Assembly (NCBI GenBank): GCA_002269645.1
Contig: NIVC01000237.1
Span: 248,001 to 312,000, forward strand
Source of the DNA: Macrostomum lignano
Lineage: Eukaryota
Direction of reading: 5' to 3'
DNA length: 64,000 bases
A program made the translations under genes and the position numbers. Numbering within the stretch: position 1 is the first letter of the stretch; each line of letters opens with the position of its first letter. The notes below the pieces were generated by a model, which worked only from the letters and a program-made list of their open reading frames with translations, did not search any database and had not been told where the DNA came from. Below, piece by piece: positions 1 through 11,000 of this stretch.

Positions 1-215
1 TCTGAGTGTTTGGGATAGTCTGTGAGTGTTTAGGATAGTCTGTGAGTGTTTAGGTTAGTCTGAGTGTTTGGGATAGTCTGTGAGTGTTTGGGATAGTCTG
101 TTAGTGTTTAGGATAGTCTGAGTGTTTAGGATAGTCTGTGAGTGTTTAGGATAGTCTGAGTGTTTGGGATAGTCTGTGAGTGTTTAGGATAGCCTGTTAG
201 TGTTTAGGATGTCTG
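1..215. repeat. Intronic minisatellite, ~18-22 bp unit (GTCTGTGAGTGTTT[A/G]GGATA)
   Basis: Tandem copies visible from base 1, ending ~45 nt before the acceptor at 261-262. Confidence 0.9.
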
Positions 216-262
216 TCAGAGCCAAGTCCATCTGCACTGTGACTGATATTTTAATCTTACAG

Positions 263-766
263 AACGGCATCTCGCTCGCCCCGCAGCCTCCATTCCCGTC
301 GATGTCCTACCAACAGCAGCCGCCGCAGGCGCAGCCGCCAGTCTACAATCCGCTCCGGGACTACGTGAACCTCCGACCGGCTGCCGTTGCTGCATACCCG
401 GAGGAGCCGCCGCCCCGGCTGCAGTACGCCCAGCTGCAGCACCACCAGCAGCCTGACCCGCTGTATCCCGTTGCGGCCGTACCGCAGCTGGCGGTACCCG
501 CCGGTGCCGCCTCCATTGCCGGAACCTCGGCTGCCGCGTCGTCCTCCATGTTGCAGCAGCAGCAGATGCTTGCCCAGCTCAACTACACGGAGCTGGATCA
601 CAATAAGACTCGCGCCTTCCAGGAGATCGCCGAAGAGGAGGAGTCGCGGCGAAATCCCGCCAGCCGGTCGGCCTCCTCAGCCAGCGTCAACAACAACAAC
701 AACAATAATGGCAGCGGCGGCAACGGTGGCGGCTTCAAGCAGCGTGTGCTGACCAAGAATCGGTGA
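263..766 (+). CDS. Last coding exon of a gene starting upstream of the window; low-complexity, Tyr-motif-rich C-terminus, tentatively a Gab/DOS/FRS2-type docking adaptor
   Basis: Acceptor TTAATCTTACAG at 251-262, phase 0 in the 200..766 frame, GC-rich codons, TGA at 764-766. Motifs DYVNL, LQYAQL and LNYTELDHNKTRAF; the last resembles the Gab C-terminal YxxxDxxKTxA pattern. Product call is weak. Confidence 0.6.
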   Translation, partial: NGISLAPQPPFPSMSYQQQPPQAQPPVYNPLRDYVNLRPAAVAAYPEEPPPRLQYAQLQHHQQPDPLYPVAAVPQLAVPAGAASIAGTSAAASSSMLQQQQMLAQLNYTELDHNKTRAFQEIAEEEESRRNPASRSASSASVNNNNNNNGSGGNGGGFKQRVLTKNR

Positions 767-1693
767 TTCAGACATTTGCGCGCCATTTCAATACCGTTTC
801 ATTACCGAAGGACTTGGATTGCTAATCTAGCTGCACTGATGCTTATTTATTTTTCATAGTTATTAATTGTATCGGAAAAGCCACCGTTTTTCTCTATTTT
901 TAGCGAAGTAATGCGCTCATCACGCTACTGCACCTATCAGTAGTAGAAGTAGCACTATTCGTACTTGTACATATTTGTTTGTTTTGCTCACCAATGTACA
1001 ATACAGATTTGTGCATACCAGCCCCACTGCCCAAAGCCAAACAGATTGAATATCGCGCCCGCTCAACGGTTCCCAGAATTTTGTAAATCACTTTTATTTG
1101 AAGTGATACCTTTTTATTTGAAAGGTTTTTTCATGGACTCGCGCGCGTTCACCTTGTTGTCAATCATTTTTCTCTCAAACTGTCGCTCAGCGTGCCAGTC
1201 GGACACCGTCAATAACCAAAACTGCCGTACTAAATTCCATGCCTTCGACCATATTTTATTTACATTGTTTACTATAATGATATACTACAAGGGAGTGCCT
1301 ATTTTACTACTGCTCAAGTAGTGAAGCAAGTAGGTAAATAGGAATTTGTATTGTGTAATTGTACTATATAAAGTTTTTCCCACCGACCAAATCCGTGTAT
1401 AACTGCGATTTGCATATATGTTGTTAATTTGCAGCCAAACAAAATATAATCTGCGCCTCATGCTTTATAAAATGCTTTTTCGGCGTTGCTCATCGGTGCC
1501 TTGCTGTACTCGATGACTCAAACATGAAAGCAGAGCTTGTTGCCGATAGTCTTGTTTTAACTGGCTATGAGAAGTGCACAATGCACTTTATTTACTCGCA
1601 AATAGTAAAACCGAAAAACCAGAAATAAGCATTGCATCGCCAGCCTACTAAAAGTAGACAAGCCAAGAATTTTGCTATCAAAATTGAAATTGT

Positions 1694-4600
1694 TCAAGCA
1701 AATTCCAATGGGTCTTGATCAGTTTTGGAGACGTGAAAAACCAGCGACGGCATGCGCTTGGCCAGGGCCGCAGCCGCTACGGGCAGGTAGGGTCGCTCGC
1801 AGTTTGAATGGCCTGTGACGATCACCGACCGGCCTTGGTCGGCGTGCCACAGCAGCTCGTGGTGCGACATCTCTCCAGTGAGCAGCAGGTCGCACTTGTC
1901 GCCGATGTCGCGTAGAAGAGAGGCGCCCGAGCCGGCGCATACGGCGACGCCTCTGGTCAGCTGGTGCTGCTGTCCGCTTGAGAGCGGCCTCACCACCTGG
2001 AAGGAAAATGAGTTACAAAAGCATTAGTCATATATACGTAATGCCTTTAGGTAGGTGGTACCGTCCTGCATATACCTAAACTGATCATCAGCACCTGACA
2101 ATGCTACAGCAGATATCATCAGCACCTGAAAATGCTACAGCAGGTATCATCAGCACCTGACAATGCTACAGCAAGGACTTCTAGACTAACAGGACGTAAA
2201 ACTCAAAGATCGTGCAATTTTTTGGAGGCCACGATTTCCTGGAAAAAATACACTGCGAAGATAGGAAAAAATCAGTTTTTCGTCACAAAATCTGTGATTG
2301 TATTTGATCTGGGGCAGTGAAGACTGCCATTCTTTTAATTTACCATGCACAATATGTTACTCTATTATATTTTCATATAGCTGTGTAGTGAAGTTTTCAT
2401 TTTCATATTGTTTTCACTTTATTTCATAAGCCCAAAGTTGCAAACTCACAAGTGGCATTAGCCGAACTTTTTGTGTTGTTCTTTTTAAAATAAAGTATAA
2501 AAACATTGCATGTAGGTACTCTTAGTCTTAAGCTATTATTGTAGGTTTAGTAACTATACTAATTCCTAGGCCTACTAGAACTAGACCTATCACTACACTA
2601 TCTAGCCTAATAAGTAATTAAATTTAGACAATGACTTAGAGATTAGTATATTTAGATTTTTTATTATATATAGATTACCAATAAATAGTTTCATATGGTT
2701 GGTTACCTAGGCTTGAGAAAGCTGTATTATCAGTTTTTAAGCCAAGCCTATATTTAGGACTAAGATTTAAGAAGAATAGACTTAATCACAAAAATAGGCC
2801 CTAACCATTTTTACTGGGTATCTATAAGAAAAAACATTGATTAGTCCTTTTATAACTTTTATTTTAAAGGCTAAAAATATTATTATATTACAAATTTGAA
2901 TAGCTTTTCTTTTCTTGAATTTGATATTTGGCTAATGCCACTTGTGAGTTTGCAACTTTGGGCTTATGAAATAAAGTGAAAACAATATGAAAATGAAAAC
3001 TTCACTACACAGCTATATGAAAATATAATAGAGTAACATATTGTGCATGGTAAATTAAAAGAATGGTAGTCTTCACTGCCCCAGATCAAATACAATCACA
3101 GATTTTGTGACGAAAAACTGATTTTTTCCTATCTTCGCAGTGTATTTTTTCCAGGAAATCGTGGCCTCCAAAAAATTGCACGATCTTTGAGTTTTACGTC
3201 CTGTTAGTCTAGAAGTCCTTGTGCTACAGCAGATATCAACAGCACCTGACAATGCTACAGCAGGCATCCTCAGCACCTGACAATGCTACAGCAGGTATCA
3301 TCAGCACCTGACAATGCTACAGCAGATATCAACAGCACCTGACAATGCTACAGCAGGCATCCTCAGCACCTGACAATGCTACAGCACAGTCTTAATTGAT
3401 ACCCACAAAGCCTACTGTCAGTAGTCAGACAAGAAACAAGCAGCAATTACGGCACTGGCCTGCAAATTCGCCAAGCCCAGGTGCTTTTTAACGGACTCGA
3501 CCGCTTCCTCGAGCGACATCGGAGTGCTAATCGGCGCCCATCGACCAGCGCCGGCGCCGGGCGTGTCTTTGCACGGCGTCACAGGCGCCGACTTGTTGAT
3601 CTCCAGCCAGCGGCCGAACGGGCCGGCCAGCAGCCAGTCGTTGAGGCCGTCCGGCCTGGCGTCCCAGGCGGTGTGCGGCGAATAGACTGCGACACCGTCG
3701 GCGAACGCGGCGGCCAGCAGGCGCTGCGGCCAGTCAGGCGAGGAGGCGAGCGCCCGCCGGAGCGGCCGGAACAGCGGCGGGTGGTAGGCGACGATGAGGT
3801 CGGCTTGGAGGCTTCGCGCCTCCTCGTAGACGCGCGACGTGAGATCGTTAGTGAGCACAACTGAGCTCACCAGCTTCTTGCCCTGTGCAATAAGGTCATT
3901 GCAAGGTCAGTTGGTTTATTTACCATGTCAAGTAATTGCAATTAGAGTTTAGCAGCTAAGGCCCACAGATATTAGAATTAGTAAATGGGCCACTCAGGCA
4001 CATATGCTTAGTAAAATAGCTTTCTACTTTCAGTTCAGTAGCAAAGAAGAATTTATAAGCTATTTTATAAGATTAAAGGCAGCTGAGATGACTTTGATAA
4101 GTTTACAAGCCCAAGCTTGCAGGCGTAAACAACTTGCTAATGCTAATTGGTTCAGGAATAATGTACATTGGCCTGTCCACTGAAATGTACATAGCAGCTT
4201 TAGGCTGGAACAACCGATGAAGGTAAAAAAATTGGGTGGTGGGGCAGGATGGTTCTGTGGGGAGTTTGAGGGTTTAAGGCAAGCTTCGGGAGGGGGGGGG
4301 GGGTTAAAAAGCCAATAACTAAGCCTTATCTTTAAAATTCCATTAAAATTCTTAGTTTAACTTAGGTCGTACTACTTGTACTTGAAACTACTGTAAGTAG
4401 TTTGCACGCAAATGTGCTGAGTGGCCCATCCAGTTATTCTAGTAGCTGTGGCTTAGACTGGATTTTGTTATAGTAGTATCCTGAATTTAGACCCTAAGAA
4501 GCCAATTCGGACCCAGGATTAGGGCTATTGTTAGGGAGGGACTGCAGTCAATTTGTGAATAAATAGCCCTAAGCCTAGCCCGATCAGGACAGCAGAGCCT

Positions 4601-4722
4601 GGATTTTATCTCACCAGCGCGAACTCTCTGGGCTCAATGAGCAGGCCCGCATTGTCCCAGTCCTCAGCCAGCCGACTGGGACAGAATTCCTCCAGCTGGG
4701 CCACAGCATCTCCCAGATTCAT
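1694..4722 (-). CDS. NIF3L1: NIF3-like protein 1 (NIF3/YbgI family), 3 exons, 280 aa from the first ATG
   Basis: Exons 4722-4615, 3882-3451, 1996-1694, all phase 0 with GT/AG. Family motifs LAEDWDNAGLL, LIVAYHPPLF, VYSPHTAWD, VAVCAGSG, LLTGEMSHH and GHSNCERPYL. Confidence 0.93.
2077..3385. repeat. 31-bp minisatellite (CATCAGCACCTGACAATGCTACAGCAGATAT) in NIF3L1 intron 2, split by the MITE
   Basis: Copies at ~2077-2171 and ~3222-3385. Confidence 0.85.
2172..3221. mobile_element. Non-autonomous long-TIR DNA transposon (MITE/foldback), probably P superfamily
   Basis: Inverted arms of 292 bp (2172-2463 and 2930-3221) starting CAAGG, 8-bp TSD TGCTACAG on both sides, AT-rich non-coding core. CANRG termini with a 7-8 bp TSD are typical of P elements. 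Confidence 0.85.
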
Positions 4723-6063
4723 GCCTGTCAAACGGCTGCTAATAGAGCTGAACGATCGAACGAGAATTGCAATGAAGGTGGCAGCGGCTGTCCAACCGGC
4801 GGGCTTCGTTCGGACTTGAACGCGGAGTCGTGCGGCAGCGACAAGCTTTAAGGTAAATTTTTATTAGTTGCAATTTTTTTAAAATGCGAAAAATATCCGC
4901 TGAATTTGTTGACATTTCTACTAGCAGTAGAGTGACTTGATGGTAGTTAGCTAGTTGCCCAGAGGGGGACTAAGTCGAGGCCAGTTTCTGTTTGCCTGCG
5001 TCAGTCAGCAAGAGTCACACACGCTGTCTGTGCACAGTCGTTTCTTTTCTGACGACATTTTTCAGGCTATGTGACAGATTTTACGGTTAGAATCTTTATA
5101 TGTCTACTTTTCTCAGTAGTCTAAATTGAAAACTCTCAAACAACGAATCCAAGAGTGCTAAAAAGCGCAAACCTACGTACTTACAGTAGAAAGGAACAAA
5201 TATTTTCTATAATCTAGAAAGCATCGGAGTGACTGTATTCGGTTTAGTAGAATCTACTTAAATTAATAAGAGTAATATGACGAGCTTGTAATTCTGTTTA
5301 GCCAAATACCATGCCGATAGGGTTACACTATTGGCTCGTATAACCAATTTGTATTCATTAACCAAGTAGTACTGAGAGAACTGTTTAAAACAGACAACAA
5401 AGGAGCAAATCACGAAAAAACACAACGAGTAATTATTTTTATTAATATAGAATTAATGAATACCGATTAAGGTAAGCTGAACGCTAATTGAACGTTTTAG
5501 AAACAGAAGGACAGTGTTAAACGCCTTATACTACTATATAAATAGGAGAATCGAGTAGTATATATTATTATTAGATAAGCGGACTTGCAAAATATTATAA
5601 GTTAAACAAAATCATTAAAAATCACAAGCACAAGCAGTGCACAGAAGCAATGGCAAAATAATTTATGATGTTACACTAAACAGGGCACAACAGTAGAAAT
5701 AAAATGGCCAATAAAAAGGGCAGGGTAAGCTTTGTTCTTCCAGTTCCAGTATAATAAAAATACTTGCTGCAAACAAAGTTGCAGTGTGGCGGTAAATAAC
5801 CAGACAGCGAGGGCGCTATAAAAGCTTTAAGCGGAATAAATACTTACTAATTACGAGTAATAAATAAAAACTGAGAAAAAACAAACTTCAGAGAAATAAA
5901 TATCGATTATTTATCAGTTGTGTTTAGTGTGACAGCTGCGTTAAACAGACAGGGGCCATCGTTGCTTGTTCGTTAGAGCTGTGATAAAATAGCTGTGCAG
6001 AGGCGCGGCAATTATAAATAAATAACTTGTTACAATAATGAACACATTAATAATGGTTGCAAA

Positions 6064-6520
6064 TCTATCAATCTAATCAATAAATATTTATTACTGGATT
6101 GCTAATCTATCCATCTATCTAATCAATATATATATTACTGGATTGCTAATCTATCCATCTATCTAATCAATATATATATATTACTGGATTGCTAATCTAT
6201 CCATCTATCTAATCAATATATATATATTACTGGATTGCTAATCTATCCATCTATCTAATCAATATATATATATTACTGGATTGCTAATCTATCCATCTAT
6301 CTAATCAATATATATATTACTGGATTGCTAATCTATCCATCTATCTAATCAAAATATTTATTACTGGATTGCTAATCTATCCATCTATCTAATCAATAAA
6401 TATTTATTACTGGATTGCTAATCTATCCATCTACCTAATCAATAAATATTTATTACTGGATTGCTAATCTATCCATCTATCTAATCAATAAATATTTATT
6501 ACTGGATTGCTAATCTATCC
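6064..6520. repeat. ~44-50 bp minisatellite with an internal variable (TA)n
   Basis: Unit CTAATCAAT[AAATATTTA or (AT)n]TTACTGGATTGCTAATCTATCCATCTAT, about 10 copies. Confidence 0.9.
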
Positions 6521-7029
6521 TTCAGAGCAATCTACACCCCAGTGCATAGCACTTTTGAGAGTTGCAGAGACAAAGCCATCATTTAAGCTTTAAAAGAAAT
6601 CAGTGCAAAAGTTAAAATTCTTGTGCAATACGAGAGTAATAAAGGATGTGAGAAGTTTTTTGAATAACTGTGGAGCTGTGGAGCAAAAAAAAATAAAATT
6701 GTAACAGAAAACAATCTTTCATACTCAGCCGTGTGACTCTGCAGCGATATAACAAAAAACAGTTGTGACGGTACATAGAAGCTCAAAGCACAAATTCTAC
6801 AAATAAAAAATTCTAGGATCTTTTAGGGACAAACAAAATATGAAATTGTTATTTTTGGTGATAAACACGCACCTGTCCGAACGCTCAAAAAGACCCGCAC
6901 GACAGCCTCACAGCAATGTCCCTAACAACGTTAACGAATTTCCAAAAGACTGCCTTCTAAAAAGCTTCATAAATATTATCTCTAAATAGTTTCAAAATAT
7001 TTTTTTAAACAAACCTTGAATAGCTTCTT

Positions 7030-7990
7030 CCCCTAGAAGCAGCTTTTCCTCAAAAACTGCTTCCCACAAAAACAGCTTTGATCAAAAACAGCTTCCATAA
7101 AAAACAGCCTACATCAAAAACAGCTTCCATAGAAAATAGCTTCCATAGAAAACAGCTTCCATCAAAACAGCTTCCATCAAAAACAGCTTCCATCAAAAAC
7201 TGCCGATACCAAAAACAGCTTCTATCAAAAACAGTCTATATCAAAAACAGCTTCCATCAAAAACAGCCGATATCAAAAACAGCTTCCATCAAAACAGCCT
7301 ATATCAAAAACAGCCTATATCAAAAACAGCCGATATCAAAAACAGCTTCCATCAAAAACAGCTTCCATCAAAAACTGCCGATACCAAAAACAGCTTCTAT
7401 CAAAAACAGTCTATATCAAAAACAGCTTCCATCAAAAACAGCCTATATCAAAAACAGCTTCCATCAAAAACAGCCGATATCAAAAACAGCTTCCATCAAA
7501 AACAGCCGATATCAAAAACAGGTTCCATCAAAACCAGCCGATATCAAAAACAGCTTCCATCAAAAACAGCTTCCATCAAAAACTGCCGATACCAAAAACA
7601 GCTTCTATCAAAAACAGTCTATATCAAAAACAGCTTCCATCAAAAACAGCCTATATCAAAAACAGCTTCCATCAAAAACAGCTTCCATCAAAAACAGCCG
7701 ATATCAAAAACAGCTTCCATCAAAAACAGCCGATATCAAAAACAGTTTCCATCAAAAACAGCCTATATCAAAAAACAGCTTCCATCAAAAACAGCCGATA
7801 TCAAAAACAGGTTCCATCAAAACCAGCCGATATCAAAAACAGCCGATATCAAAAACAGCTTCCATCAAAACCAGCCTATATCAAAAACAGGTTCCATCAA
7901 AACCAGCCTATATCAAAAACAGCTTCCATCAAAAACAGCCGATATCAAAAACAGCTTCCATCAAAAACAGCCGATATCAAAAACAGGTTC
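7030..7990. repeat. 16-17 bp minisatellite (AAAAACAGCTTCCATC / AAAAACAGCCGATATC)
   Basis: Tandem array; it generates the spurious 7078..8367 ORF. Confidence 0.9.
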
Positions 7991-8007
7991 CCTCAAACTT
8001 GGCCAAC

Positions 8008-11000
8008 TCAGGCCAGCAGATTTTCACTGGTCGGTCCAGACCGCCTTTTCGCGCCGGGCACGGCCGCTCCGCAGGGGATGCGGTCGGCCAGCAGGATCTG
8101 GACAGGGTGCGCGTAGGCGGCCAGAGCCAGGGCCAAACAGACCCAGTTGGCCGAGCTCAGCCCGCTGGCCTCGGCCAGGTCGAGCAGCGGGATCTGCACG
8201 AAGGACACCAAGCCGCAGGCCAGGCACATAACGCCGTACAGAGTGCCGAAATGGGCGGCCGGGAAGGCGGCGAACAGCAGGCAGGAGGCCAGAGAGAACA
8301 GCATGGATCTGTACAGAGCCAGCAGGGTGAACTGCAGCGGCACCAGGCCATCGTGGGCAGCGAATGACAGGCAGGAGAGCAGCAGGCCGAGACTGCACTG
8401 TAGCAGGAATGGCGCCTGCAAATTTTGTCGGGTAGACAAGCAGCATGGTTAGCTCAGAATGCGGAGCCTTGGGATACTTTCTTATCTTTGGATATTACAT
8501 GTATAGAATCTGGAATATTTCTGGTGACGAATGACTGGGATTATTCCCCTTGGGATTATGCGATTGTCGAGAAGATTGAACGGGCGGTACTGGGTGACGT
8601 TTACGCCCTGGCTCTCTTTCTTGACATTGTTGGCGCCTTCGACAACGTTATCTTTGAAGCGTTTCAGAGGGCCCTTCAAAATCGCAAAGCTCATGCTACC
8701 CTCATACGGTGGATCATGTACATGATCTCCAACCGTACGGTCACTGCTCAACTTCTTGGGCAAACTGCCTCCACCAGAGTCTGTAAGGGTGGACCCCAAG
8801 GCAGAGTCCTCACCCCGACGCTCTGGAACCTGGTCATGGACGCTCTTCTGAGTGACTCCCGACCCGACCCCGTCTTCAAAGTCGGGTATGCTGATGACGT
8901 CATGGCCATTGTGGCAGGACCGTCTCCCAGCACGCTCAGGGATCTGATGCAGAGCTTTATCCGCAAAGCAGAATCCTGGGCCAATGACAATGGTCTGGAA
9001 CTCTCTGAGCCCAAAACCGTTGCCATTATGTTTACCAGCAGACTACGCTGGAAAATACGTCCACTGCAGCTCTACGGCAGAGATATTGCCTTCGCGCACC
9101 AGACCAGATGTCTCGGGGTCACACTTGACCACCGGCTCAACTGGTCCTTCCACGTGAAAGCAAAAGCCAAGCGTGCCTCAGCCATCCTGGCCCAGCTCCG
9201 ACGAGCACTTGGCACTTCTTGGGGTCTATCCCCAAAGCGGCTTTGGTGGATCTATACTTCCGTAGTTAGACCTGCCATTACGTACGCCTCTGTTGTCTGG
9301 GTTAGCGCTACCCAGGTCAAAAGCCATGCAGACCTGCTCAACACGATCCAAGGCAGAGCGTGTAGGCTCATCTGCAAACGCCACCAGGTCCACGCCCTTT
9401 GCTGGCATGGGGGCCTTCCTTAATCTACCGCCTCTTGACCTCTTCGTCAGGGGTGAGGCGGCTAGAACGACGCGGCGTCTAATTGATGCCGGCGTCAAAT
9501 TCATTTACATGAGAGCACCTGCTAAGCGGAACCTTGTCCCGCATAGCGACCTGTGCCTCAACTTTCTCAACGAATGTCAGGCCAATCGCGTCTTCACCGA
9601 TCGCATTGCCTCAACGCTCAACCTGAGACAGCGCTACTCCGTAGCTATCGACTCGCGCGATAACATCAATGACCAATGGAACCTTGGTGAGCTTTATTGC
9701 TACACCGACGGTTCTAAGCAGTCAGCCAACACCGGCTTTGGTGTTGGAATCTTTCTGAACGGGAGGGTCATTGCTACCCACGCTCAATACACTGGGGTCA
9801 ACTCCAGTGTTTTCCAAAATGAAGTTCTGGCCATCAGCTCCTGCACTGCAGAGCTTCTCGCCACTGGCGTTACTGGTAAGAACATCATTTTCCATTCGGA
9901 CAGCCAAGCTGCCTTGCACGCCATCAGTGGCTGCAGCACCAACTCTGCTACAGTCCTCGACTGTATCAAACTCCTCAACGTGTTGGGTTCCACCAACAAA
10001 AGTACCCTTAAGTGGGTTCCGGGGCATGTGGGGATCCGAGGAAATGAGTTGGCTGACACCCTTGCAAAAGTTGGTGCCTCCGGCTCCTCTCTCGGTCCCG
10101 AACCCCTTGTCCCGATTCCTGGCTGTGTCATCGACTCGCGCATCAAAGCGTGGATCAGGACCCAACACCGCTCGACTTGGGCGAACTGCACGAACTGCAG
10201 GCAATCCAGAGGTGCTGTCCCTGAGCCCTCTCACCAGCTCCGGAAGCTCCTCTTGCGCCTCTCGCGCAGAGACATCCGGGCTGCCACCATGACCCTCTCT
10301 GGTCACGGCTGCTTCTCCAGGCACCAGTACCTGCAGGGCAACGCCACCAACGCCACCTGTAGTTTCTGCAACTCAGGTGACGAAACTGCTGAGCATTTCG
10401 TCAGCATCTGTCCCGCCTTCACGCGGGCCAGACTCACTTACCTCGGGCCACACACATCTATTACTGAAGCGTGCAAACCCGAAAACTTTAATCAGCTCAT
10501 GCGCTACCTTCGGGCCACCCGCTGGGCTAAACTCTCCTTTCCAGAGAGCACTATAGCTGCTGGCGACACTGGGGGACCTCCCTGGGCGGCGCCAACCCTC
10601 CGTCTATAGCGACGCGTCGGCCGTTCAGGGACTAGCGGAATGGGCGCCCGCGCCTTCCCGCTGTGTCCCCTCCGGGACAGCCCTGCAGCTAAGTCAAGTA
10701 AGTCAAATCCCCTTGAGATTATTCCCCTTGGGATTATTCCCCTTGGGATTATTCCCCTTGGGATTCTTTCCCTTGGGATTCTTCCCCTTGGGATTCTTCC
10801 CCTTGGGATTCTTCCCCTTGGGATTCTTCCCCTTGGGATTCTTCCCCTTGGGATTCTTCCCCTTGGGATTCTTCCCCTTGGGATTCTTCCCTTGGAATAA
10901 TTCCCCTTAGGAAATTCACCTTGGGACAATTCCGTTTAGGACAATTTCCCTTGGGATACTTCCCTTTGGGAAATTCCCCTTCAGAATATTCCCCTTAGAA

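Noticed and set aside
7078-8367. 429-aa K/Q/S-rich ORF on the plus strand
   Set aside because: Minisatellite translation fused to the antisense of transporter exon 4.
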